From Fimbriosthenelais zetlandica (taxonomy: Eukaryota), in the NCBI GenBank assembly GCA_977030845.1, contig OZ365118.1, positions 21,204,001 to 21,268,000 of the forward strand: a stretch of 64,000 bases of DNA, read 5' to 3'. The first letter of the stretch is position 1. The number at the start of each line of letters is the position of its first letter. The translations under genes and the position numbers were made by a program. This document shows positions 39,801 to 50,300 of this stretch, piece after piece. The notes beneath the pieces are model-generated. The model saw nothing but the letters and a program-made list of their open reading frames with translations. It was not told the origin of the DNA and made no database searches.

Positions 39801-42800
39801 GTATAATGGTGATTACCATTCAATCTAGCTGAAGTAAAAACAGTTTAAACTAGTTTTAATTTAAATTAGTAATGACCTGAAATTATTTCAGTCAGCCAGG
39901 CAAGAACAGTGCAGTTAGTGAGGGAAATATAGGTCAATGAGGGATCTTCAGGTCAGTCAAATATTATTTTAGAACATTTCATTCAATATAAAGATATCTG
40001 TCTTAGGGTGCAACAATGAGCACTTAACCTACTAGACAAAATATCCGGCTCTGGTCTACTAGATAACAGCGCACAGACTATAGCATGTGAGTGATGAAAA
40101 GGCGGTACAATATATGGAGAATGTAGACTTTAAAGTAAATGAAAAACTAGTTCTGAGTTCATGGGTGAGTGAATTTTAAAGGCAATTGTAACATCAAGAA
40201 GCTGTATACAAATACATCAACTCTCCACTTAAACCAAGTGAAAGCACTCCCCACTGACAATCCCCACTGAGAATTTAGACCGTACAAAAGGCTCAAATTC
40301 AACTTCTCGGTTCTGGAAATCCCAGGATTTATCAATGTAAAATTCAGCCAACATATAACCCTGTCTAGATGAAGTACTGCAGTCAAAACGTTCAACTAAA
40401 ATGAGGAAAGATATTTACCTACAGGTAGGGAGGGCTGTATGCAAGCTGTGGCATGGAGCTACGTGAGCCCGGCCACGCAGTGATGGCAGATAAGGAGTGA
40501 TAGGAATCGGTATGATTCAGCTACTGGGTCACAAACTCATGAGAATCAATTACCTTAATTACAATACAGGGCGGTACCGGTATATATTTCACTTATATAT
40601 ACCACCCGGGTACTATAATTCATAACCGTATTTAAGCACCTTTCAATGAATAAATCGGCTCTATTTCATATTATTCAAATAATTGACCGTCTCTTATTAA
40701 GGGCATGGATACATGATGCACTGAGTCAATTAGCCTGAGGCGATTTAACATGGAAATACGGTAATGCATCATCACCCGCATTTAGGTTCCATTAAAGGTA
40801 ATAAGGATTAGTGGGAATTGCTAAATTAATGAATATGGTACAAAATGACAATTTTGTGGCACAGGTTTTCATGACAGAAAATAAAATATAAAATAAATTG
40901 CAATCATATTAATGATACATAATACATTTAAGGTAGGCCTATTTGAAATTGATTATGCATAACTGATATGTTCATAAGAGCATAACCAGATAGGACTCTG
41001 GGGTCAAAAATGGGTCGTATACAGAGGGGTAGAGATGAGCATGTATACAGTACAAAACTGGGAGGATCTACCCACCGGCATATTAATATTTACTCCAATA
41101 GTGAGGTAACTCCGGTATATAATGCCATCTCATGGTCACTGGTATTGAAAGGTAGGTTCCATGACTCAATGTGTGGAGGGCAAAGATCAATGATCAATAC
41201 TGAACCCATATACAACTCTCAGAGACAAGGTGTCTCAGAGTGAGAGTAATCGAATCTCAAATATGTAGACTTGCCTCAATGCACTCTGACTCAATGTCAG
41301 TGCATTTATTTTTCCCTACGGGCAGGGTAAAATCACTTGAACTTCATATGATATTTAGGGATTTACAGATTGTCTTTGGATTTTGAATGGGACTTGGAAA
41401 TTGTAGGATATCTGTTCGGGTACCGGGGTAGTTTTATAATGAATCCAAAGGTTTGGACAAGTCTAATGTCACCTGGGTATGCAGGTAAGAAGGGGGAGGG
41501 GCTAGTAATGCACGTGTAGCGTGTAGAGGGTAAACATGGGTGAAAAAAACATGTGTTCATATGGCGGGGGAGGGGGTATACACGGGAGAATCAGCTGGGG
41601 GGGGGGGCGGAAGGTAACTAGAAAACCAGTGAAGCAAGCTCCAGGCTAAGAGTGGGGAGTAGCTGATGGTGGGTTCGAGGCAAAAGACAGGCCTTAGCTT
41701 TCACACCTGCAGCGTGCGTCTATTGGATAGAGATTGTGAGTGTGTGTGTGTGGGGGGGGGGGGGGAGGGGAGGGGTTGTTACTGATCGTAGCTGGTGGTG
41801 GGTTCGGGGTACAGGACAGGTCTTAGCTTTCACACATGCGAGAGAGGCTCTGCTGTGTCTATTGTAGAGGAAGTGGTGGGGGGGGGGGAAGTTTTGTAGG
41901 AAGCTACAAGCCAACCACTCCCCCCCCCCCCCCCCCACCCCCGATCTCTCAACCCTACCCACACTGTTCCCTCTCTCCCTACCACCACTCCTCACCACTG
42001 CCCACTGGTCAGCCAAAATCACAGGGTTAAATCACAGGGTTAAATCACAGGGGTCAAAAAGGAACTAGGAACTATATGAGCCGTATGACCCCTCAGGAAC
42101 TGTCAGTCACCCATGCAAACTAAGACCTTGGTTATGAAAGATGTTAGGAGAGGTTGATATGGGTCATACTCAGTCAACCCTTGTCATATATCCCAAGTAC
42201 CCCACACCCCACTCTGCCCCACATACAAGGTGTACCCGCTTACTGCTTGTATAACAATGTTTAAGCTTATATAAGGTGATATCTCCTTGTTACAGAACTA
42301 CAATAGTATCAGCCAAGTTCCTTCTTCCCTCCGTACTGTAGTCTTTACCAATTTTAGGAGGCAAAAAAACATTTTGTTTATCTTCAAATGAATTACCATT
42401 GAATGAGATGGTTTCCTGGGCTGGATCGATCCATATGTGGACATACGTGCATTGACATGGCGGCATTCCAGCAGGACGAGAGAGGAAAGCTCAGACATCA
42501 TGAAACATTTGCTGCTGTCAATTGATACCCCAGGTATGATGTGAGAATGGTTTAAATCTTAAGTTTGATCCATACATCTCTCAACCCCATTCACTCACAA
42601 TGCAGTATGCGATTTTAGCATAATCTGTCTGATCCAAGACTCCAAAAAGTTACTTTAACTCCTATGAATGTTAAGTTTGGAGTCCGGCAGACTCACTCCT
42701 AGCTAATTAGATATTTTTAGTTTCCTCCTGACTCCTAGAATTGCCTTAGTAGGAGTATGGCAGACAGTGCAGGGTTTTATGACCTAATGCTCCACCTTGA

Positions 42801-43583
42801 AGACGCCTGTAACTACCAGGGTTCAGTGTTCTAGCCAGGGTTTCAATGGGAGCATGTAAATAAAAATGCCAAGTAGATGCTGCTGGATGCCTTTATGATG
42901 GAGCCGTACATTCTCTAATAAAGCCCTACCCTTAATAGAAGTGACACTTCATGACATGTTATAAAGCTAAAGCCTGGATGAGTTGTAACAGCTTGTAATG
43001 CGGGAACACTTCTAATAGAAGCCTCACCCTAAGTTTAACACCTAATGAACTCATTCCTGAACGACACTGATGACTGCCAAGACTCATTTTTGAACTCTAA
43101 ATTTGCAAATGTCTCTAGTACAAGCCCCGCCTTATATTAGAGTGTTTATGGCTAATAATACGGTAGCCTACATTATAAATTACAATGTCAGTAATGGTAG
43201 TGACACGGCCTGCATTGGCATTTTTGCCATTTTGTCAAGTGGAGCAAATAAATTGATTGATTTATGTGGATCCATAAATCCATCCATGTTTAAAGGATTC
43301 TATTGCCCTTCTCCCTTTTCATGTGAATCATATTGATTTGATTTTTAAAGCTTTCTTTTTGGTTGTAAACACAAATTGCCATTGTTTAAATTGACTGTGT
43401 ATTGTTTGTTTGATGGTGTTTAACGTCAGAATAAATGAGTTTAATCAGTGAATGACGTAGTAAGCTTACTTTGATTGAGACGATGCCCGGTTTGTCCTGG
43501 ATGTTGGTTTCTATGTTGAGTACACATGACTGGCACGTCATTCCCTCCACCTGGAGGATGGTCACCTCCCACCCCTCCATCAT
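27615..43583 (-). CDS. ATP7: Copper-transporting P1B-type ATPase, ATP7A/ATP7B pro-ortholog, 20 coding exons, about 1512 aa
   Basis: Exons (minus): 43470-43583, 37566-38622, 37216-37361, 35064-35190, 34719-34882, 34226-34464, 33699-34020, 33172-33405, 32865-33005, 32355-32588, 31804-31938, 31428-31616, 30725-30907, 30245-30470, 29867-30028, 29442-29584, 29129-29332, 28425-28542, 28155-28257, 27615-27912. Total 4539 nt in frame. Motifs: seven GMTCxxC HMA domains, [36 protein letters not shown]-terminal acidic dileucine DQQSLL. An in-frame TGA just upstream of ATG 43583 fixes the start. Confidence 0.97.
28672..28981 (-). mobile_element. tRNA-derived SINE in an ATP7 intron
   Basis: Head GGGGAGTTAGCTCAGTTGGTTAGAGCG with A box (28974-28963) and B box GGTTCAATCC (28912-28903), tRNA-like part ending in CCA at 28890, about 200 nt body, GCTCTATACAAAT tail and A-rich end (28672-28693). 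The acceptor stem does not pair. Confidence 0.75.
30913..31209. repeat. 33-bp minisatellite, 9 copies, in an ATP7 intron abutting the acceptor of the DKTGT exon
   Basis: Unit GAAAAATAACACAATATTGGTGATTACAGGGCA starting at 30913, 30946 ... 31177. Confidence 0.95.
33801..33833 (-). repeat. Coding (AAC)11 microsatellite encoding poly-asparagine in ATP7
   Basis: (GTT)11 on plus inside exon 33699-34020, in frame as N11. Confidence 0.9.
34481..34620. repeat. 22-bp minisatellite, about 6.4 copies, in an ATP7 intron
   Basis: Unit AATAGATGAAATTAGGGCATTT from 34481. Confidence 0.95.
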
Positions 43584-44331
43584 GCCCCCTCCTCAACTCA
43601 GGCTCTGAAAAATGAAAATTATTTATTGTTTATTAAACAAACTTGATACCAGGTAGTACAGTATAAAAGCATGTGTGTGACATACATGACATAAGGGTAT
43701 AATTAATCACCTGCTACAGATTAAGATTTACCGTACGGTATATCATACGGTACCTTGATTAAAATAGCCTACTTCAATGTTTAATCAAGATATAAGAACA
43801 CATTTTCACATCCCCAAAGGCAAAGCCCAATCATCATGACCAATGGCAATGAGTGGTCTCGACATGTTTGCTGTACTAATTCTAGTTTGAAATTAATTCT
43901 TTTATCTTTTTGTGGTGTGTCACATCTTCATGAATACCAAGTAGGGTATATAATTAGCCTAATTCTTTCACAAAATGTTCATTCTATGACTATGACTACG
44001 TATGTAAGTTAGGTTATAACTTCATTGACACAGCCAGAGTGAGAGTCAGGGCGTTTTACTTTTGAAGTTTTGCTTAATTTTGGTTCTTATTCCCTATTAT
44101 GATCTGGCCTTTACATTCTAGGCCTACTTTTCTTGCTAGTAGAGCGCCTGGGGCTACTCTACTCAAGTCTAAACCGCGTGCAAAGATCCTACACTGTTTT
44201 TTGAGCGAGTCGTGACACACCCCTGTGCCCGACACCCTCGGCCTAAATGTCCTCTCTAACATATATCAGTGACATTTCGGTAAGAAACAACATCGTAAAA
44301 CGAAGCTATAGACAAAATGACAACCACTTAC

Positions 44332-44420
44332 CTAACTGAGAATGGGTGTAGCAGCCGCAACAGCGAATAATCTACAGATATGTGGCAAGAACTTGATCTC
44401 AGGTTTCCACACTTAGATCA
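44332..44420 (-). other. ATP7: Probable non-coding first exon (5' UTR) of ATP7
   Basis: AG|GTAAGT donor at 44331-44326 on minus, which could splice to the TTTCAG acceptor at 43605-43606 preceding the start-codon exon. The 5' boundary is approximate. Confidence 0.6.
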
Positions 44421-44680
44421 CCGGAACCGGAAGTCCTACAGAGACCTGTTTGTTATGGTCGAAAATTGGGAAATGAAAGAAAGATGTATTAAAGAAGTTG
44501 AACGACTTTCGCGATTATTTAACATTTAAATATCATGAACATTATTTCATAATATATAAAAATTGGTTTTTAACAGGTTTACTGTGCGTATCTAGCCTCA
44601 AATGGGGTTTCGTTATCGGAGATATTCCCACTTACGAACCACACTCATGGGTGGCACGTCGCCAAAACCAACATGGCGGA
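44420..44680. promoter_or_regulatory. Bidirectional promoter shared by ATP7 and ALG11
   Basis: About 250-340 bp between divergent first exons. Tandem ETS-type CCGGAACCGGAAGT 44421-44434, E2F-like TTTCGCG 44507-44513, YY1-type CAACATGGCGG overlapping the ALG11 start codon. Confidence 0.7.
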
Positions 44681-46949
44681 CATAGACCAAGATCTGAGTA
44701 CGATGGGGTAAGATTAGAGGTTATTTCTCCGTTAATTCAATAATTAATGTACAGATCGTATAGGAGATGAAACATGTCATCGAGGTATATTACCTGTCCA
44801 AGTTTCGCTGCTGAATTTGTTTGTTTTAGTCAGTTATCGCTGATTAACCTACCTAGAACCACCAGTGCCACCTGTCTGGGATTGGGACTGGGACTGGCAT
44901 ACTGTACTGGGTGGCAGTGGGTTCATAAATGGGCTGGACATGTTGGGCTACAGCCTTTTACCAGAAGAATGGATGTCAAAATTAACTGATATCACATTGA
45001 GGGATGTTATCAACCCCCAAGATCCAAACTATAAATGCCCTTAACCCCTCAAAAAACCTTAACATTCTCCCCGAATAATGACTGGATATTTCTTTTTAAT
45101 TTGAGAAGGGACACCTTAATACTAATAATCTGAAATATATGTACCAATGTTTTAATAAATTTTACTTGTGTTTTGCAGGTACGTCCTGGGAATGCTTCCC
45201 CTCATGATAATGATCACGATGACAGCTGCCACCTTGCTGCTCTTCCTGTTGATCTTGGTGATTATCTGGGTCCAGTACAGAGCCAAAAGTCTGCTTCCAC
45301 ATCTGACACAAACGAGCGATGACAAACCAGTGATAACCATCGGCTTCTTTCATCCTTACTGTAACGCTGGAGGCGGTGGGGAGCGGGTGTTATGGGTGGC
45401 CATCCGAGCTCTCTATAATAAGTGAGGTTTTGTCAATTTTGTGTCAATTGATATTTTATAGAATCCTATTTTAAGTTTAATTTGTGAAAGAGAGAAAATA
45501 AACTATGATACTTTATCAGTACATCTTAAACATAGTTCTAATTGACATTTCTTTTCACTTTCAGATACCCAAATGTCAAGTGTGTTGTCTATACTGGAGA
45601 CATAGACGCCACAAGTGAAACCATCTTATCTCGAGCCAAGCAGAGATTCAACATCACTCTCCCCCGAGCAGTCGAATTTATATTCCTCAAGAAAAGATCC
45701 TGGGTGGAGGCTTCCCCCTACCCCCACTTCACTCTCCTCTGTCAAAGTCTGGGGTCTTTAGTTCTAGGCTGGGAAGCCATGATGCAATACGTCCCCGACA
45801 TATACATTGACTCTATGGGATACGCCTTCACTCTGCCTTTGTTCAGATTCGTAGGTGGTTCAAAAGTGGCTTGCTATGTCCACTACCCAACCATCAGCAC
45901 TGATATGCTTGATAGAGTAGCTCAGAGAAAGGCTACCTATAATAATGCTGGCTTTATATCCAGAAGTCCAGTCTTGAGCCGAGGGAAACTTATATATTAC
46001 AAATTGTTTGCCTATTTGTATGGACTAGCAGGGAGGAGTGCTAAGATTATTATGGTTAATTCCACATGGACTCAAGGCCATATTCTGGACCTATGGAAGG
46101 CTAAGGACCGTACATTTATAGTCTACCCACCCTGCGACACTCAGGGTTTCTTATCTTTACCACTGGAAGATAAATCTGACAAGAAAGTCCAGAGTATAGT
46201 CTCGGTTGCTCAGTTCAGACCTGAAAAGGACCACCCACTGCAACTGACAGCCTTTAAGAAATTCCTAGAGAATCAAGACAAACTGAATTATAAACTTGTA
46301 CTTGTTGGAGGGTGCAGGAATGAGGGGGACAAGAAACGTGTAGAAGAACTTGAAAAGTTAGCCAAGGACCTTGGCATTGGGAAGCAGGTGGAGTTTAAAC
46401 TGAATGTGCCCTTCACTGAGCTGAAGGAAGCGATGGCCGAGGCTACAGTGGGTCTCCATACCATGTGGAATGAACACTTTGGAATAGGTATGTCATAGAG
46501 TAAAACATTCATTAATAAACACTTCCATACACCCAAAAAACTTACTTAAGTTTCAAATAATATATCCACATTTATGAAAAACATTTCAAGTGAATAGTGA
46601 GTCCAAAGTAAGCAAATATTAAACATTTTAGATACTAAACATTAAATGTTTTTCCTTTTTAGGTGTGGTTGAATTGATGGCTGCCGGAACACTGACACTG
46701 GCTCACAACTCTGGTGGACCCAAACTAGACATAGTTGTGGACTATGAGGGCTGTAAGACTGGCTACCTGGCCGATACACCTGAATCTTACGCCGAGGCCT
46801 TACAATCCATATTTAACCTTACATCAGATGAAGCCCTGAGAATAAGAACTAACGCTCGCCAGTCTGTCACAAAATTCTCCGATGATGAATTTGACAAAAA
46901 TTTCCTTGCGGCTACTGAACCATTATTGGTATATTTTGAGGAATCCTGA
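44673..46949 (+). CDS. ALG11: GDP-Man:Man3GlcNAc2-PP-dolichol alpha-1,2-mannosyltransferase, 4 exons, about 495 aa
   Basis: Exons 44673-44707, 45179-45421, 45565-46487, 46663-46949, phase-consistent (1488 nt). N-terminal membrane anchor, [83 protein letters not shown]. Confidence 0.97.
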
Positions 46950-46990
46950 TTGATTTCTAATGTACAATATTGTTATAATGACGTATATTC

Positions 46991-47000
46991 TTTATTTATT
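46991..47000 (-). terminator. PWP2 polyadenylation signal (two overlapping AATAAA on minus)
   Basis: TTTATT at 46991-46996 and 46995-47000; the first canonical hexamers seen downstream of the PWP2 stop. Confidence 0.5.
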
Positions 47001-47008
47001 TACAATGA

Positions 47009-47014
47009 AATAAA
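47009..47014 (+). terminator. ALG11 polyadenylation signal AATAAA
   Basis: First AATAAA, 60 nt after the ALG11 stop codon. Confidence 0.6.
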
Positions 47015-47096
47015 GCTCTTCAATGCATATAGCTATGAAATTTGTTAAACATTAATTTGTTTTCTATGTCATGCATGGAATAGCTTTTCTTCACTA

Positions 47097-47256
47097 GAGT
47101 GAAACCTCTATTAGTGAAATGAGCACCTTTTCATAGTCCAATGAGGTGTCATATATAGTTCCCTCTGAGTAGGGAATGCCTCCACATAGTCAACATTTGT
47201 AGTCAGTCCCATAAATGGTCAATATAAAAAATGTTCACTATAAAGAGATTTCACTG
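47097..47256. mobile_element. Tc1/mariner-pogo-type MITE (160 bp) in the PWP2 3' UTR
   Basis: Imperfect terminal inverted repeats (GAGTGAAACCTCTATTAGTGAA versus the reverse complement of TTCACTATAAAGAGATTTCACTG), flanked by TA at 47095-47096 and 47257-47258. Confidence 0.7.
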
Positions 47257-47293
47257 TATTCAATATCTGAATCTTAAGTCTAAGAATACCCAT

Positions 47294-47338
47294 GACCATG
47301 TCACGTCTGACCATGTCACGTCTGACCATGTCACGTCT
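47294..47338. repeat. 15-bp tandem repeat, 3 copies, spanning the PWP2 stop codon
   Basis: GACCATGTCACGTCT x3; the stop TGA at 47333-47331 lies in the first copy read on minus. Confidence 0.9.
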
Positions 47339-50300
47339 CCATAGACTCGTCTGAATGTGACTCGGAGTCTGAAGCTATTCTTTTATCTTTGACGAGTTCG
47401 TTCCACCCATCATCTGAGTCTGCCTCGTCTCCGTCATCTATTCCGCTCTCCCCCTCACTCTCCTCCTCCGCCGCCTTCCTCTTGTGTTGGGAGAGGGAGA
47501 TGAAGTACTGTAGGGTGTATTTGTTATGATCACAGCTGGAACAGAAGGGATAAATGAATGAATAAATTGTCGACAATTAATCAAGTATTTGATGAATAAG
47601 AATATAGTGGAACCTCACTTAAAGAGCACTCAGTAAAGCGGCCATCTCATTATGCAACCGCTAAATAGTTCTTTTTTTGTCTTATCTGTATTTTGAATGA
47701 ATGAATGAATGAATGAATGAATGAATGAATGAATGAATGAATGAATGAATGAATGAATGAATGATAAATGCTTACATTTTAGAGAGGTCATCGTATTTGC
47801 GTGTGAGAGCTCGCTGCAGTGATCGCAGTGTAGGCATGACGTCTCTGGTCCGCTGTTTGAGGTTAGATCCGTGATGGTAGAGCAGTGCTTTACCCCACAC
47901 CAGGTAATACTCCAGATGACGCGACACCTCCAACTGTCCTCCCAGAAAACTCAGCAGCTTGTCTACATACACCTCAGCTAAACTCCCAGCCACGAACTCC
48001 ACTGGAATAATGAGGGAAAATCGATTAAAAAAATATCCATATTTAAAATTTATTTTAAATTTATTTGATTGAGAAACACCACCGAACAAGGAACACAATC
48101 CGAGGGACGCTCTGAGCCCCCATGGTGTTACCTACATTATATAGATGAGATACCGTATTAATGAAAAAAATCAAAAAAAGAACTGAGAAATTGTAAAGAA
48201 AGACTGTAAACGTACCATCAGATACAGGGATGGTCTCGACCACCTGCTCTATGAGTTTCTGTTCGTTCAGTCTGAAGGCTAGCATGAGAGCTGTAGTGTA
48301 GTCCTCATCGGCTAGCGTTTTCTTCACGTTGTCCGGGGTGATAGCTATCTCCAGGTCAAACGGGTCAAAGACGATGTTCTTATCTAGTGAGTAGACCAGC
48401 AGGCCTTCTGTCGTGGTGGCGGCCCATTCTCGTCCTGAAAGATGAAAAAAAATCTTTGTAAAATACCAAAGAAATATTTGCAGGCCTACATTTTAATTAG
48501 GTTTATATACTCTTCGAATCTGGGGATTAATTGATTTATTTTGTTCTTGTTAGATCTAATTTAATTGTAGAATATTTTATTGATATTCCGTACCTGTGGG
48601 TGAGAATCGGACCCCTGTGACTCGCACCTCTGGCTTCCATTTACGTGTACTGAAGTCTCCTTTCCTGGTACCAGGTAAACTGATGGATGTCCTCGAGTTA
48701 CCATCAGCTTCCTCTACCAGCGCTAAACTACCAAACTCTGTCATCTTACGCCGGTCCAAAAACTCCTACCAATAAAAAATATCAGACACTTCAATTTAGA
48801 TTTATCAAGAAAAAATAATAGAAACTGCAGTCATGTTTTAATCTAGAAACTAGCTTTCATATATTGGATGAAATAATAAGTTTAAAAATTTAGATTTAAT
48901 TAAAATTGAAGTGATTGATAGAACGTACCACGACGCCGTCCAGTGAGAGGTTACACGTGATCTCAAACTTCTTGATGAGGATCTGATCCGTGACGGAGTA
49001 GATACACACGTTCTTACTGCGGCCAGCAGCCAGCATACACTTACCATCAGCCGAGTAACACAGCGTGGAGAAAAACCTGATATAGAAAAACCACATTAAT
49101 ATATCATACAGACAAGTAACACAGCGTGGAGAAAAACCTGATATAGAGAAGAACGATATTAAAATTCAAATTAATGTATCATGTGGGGGAGGAGGGAGGC
49201 AGGAGGGATAGGTAGAGGTAGAAGAAGGGTAGAGAGGAAGGGCAGAGGGATGGGCAGGCCATGGGGAGAGGGAAGAGAGGAGATAGCGCTGGGAAAGATG
49301 GGAGAGAGGGGTGAGAAAAACCTGACATACACAGCAACTATATTAATATATCATAAAGTGTACAGACAAGTAGAGAGAGGGGGTGGGGAAAAGAGGAGAT
49401 AGCGATGGGTAATATGGGAGAAAGGGAAAGAGGAATTGGGAGAGAAAGCAACGAACTAAGCAAAGAAGGAAGTAAGAAAGCATAGAAGAAAAGAGGGGAA
49501 GGGGGAAGAAAGAACCGAAGGAAGGATGGAGAACGTCCAATTTCAATGTAAGACATTAAGAGTGAGATGAATGAAGTAAGACATACTTTCTGGTAGCCAG
49601 TGTTTTAGCAGTGACGACATCAGCGTCCTCCCTGGAGTAACCTAGATCATGACGTCCCTCTATAGAACCAGTCTGAGACGCCGAGTTTATATCCCAGAAA
49701 CTCAGCTGAGCATTCAATGTAGATACAGCCAGCTGTGTACCATCAGGCCTGAACGTGACTGTAGACACTACATAACAGAGAAAATAAAACTTATATTCAC
49801 CACTGTCTTTCTCCACCCAGTGCTGCTAACTGGGATATCAAAGACCAGCCTTGTCTCCAACTAACTATGGGGAGAGGCATGTAAGGGAACCATTGCTAAC
49901 AGTAATTTTGAGATCGGTAACCTATAATAGGACCTACCATCGGCACCCAGTCGTAGGGTTTCTCGTGAGCCTTTGTTCTCAAATACGTCCCATAGTCGGA
50001 CCGTCTTGTCCCAGGAACCACTGGCGAGGAGGGCGCGGGAGGGGGAGAAGGAGAGACTACTGATGGGGCCTTCATGACCCGATAATACCTGAATAAAACA
50101 AGTACAGGGATTAATTATAATTAGAGAGAGGAGGGGGAGAAAGGGAGAGATAGAGAGGGGAAGGAGGGAGAGAGAGGACGATGGAAAGAGAGAGAATTAA
50201 TTAATTTAATTAAGAGAATATTTATAAGTCTTTTCTCACCTCTAGCAGTCTTCCAGTCTTCATCGACCACACAAAGATCTCAAAGACATCCCTGCCGCCG

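Noticed and set aside
46949-47331. Link to human UTP14C, which lies in the ALG11 3' region, because an SSU-processome gene follows ALG11 here too
   Set aside because: PWP2 is an intron-rich, unrelated WD40 gene on the opposite strand, whereas UTP14C is a mammalian retrogene; this is most likely coincidence.
49180-49540. Purine-rich ORFs and G-runs (also 230-345, 18340-18470, 22380-22640, 41740-41945)
   Set aside because: Low-complexity intronic or intergenic tracts; the ORFs reflect composition only and G-quadruplex potential is unspecific.
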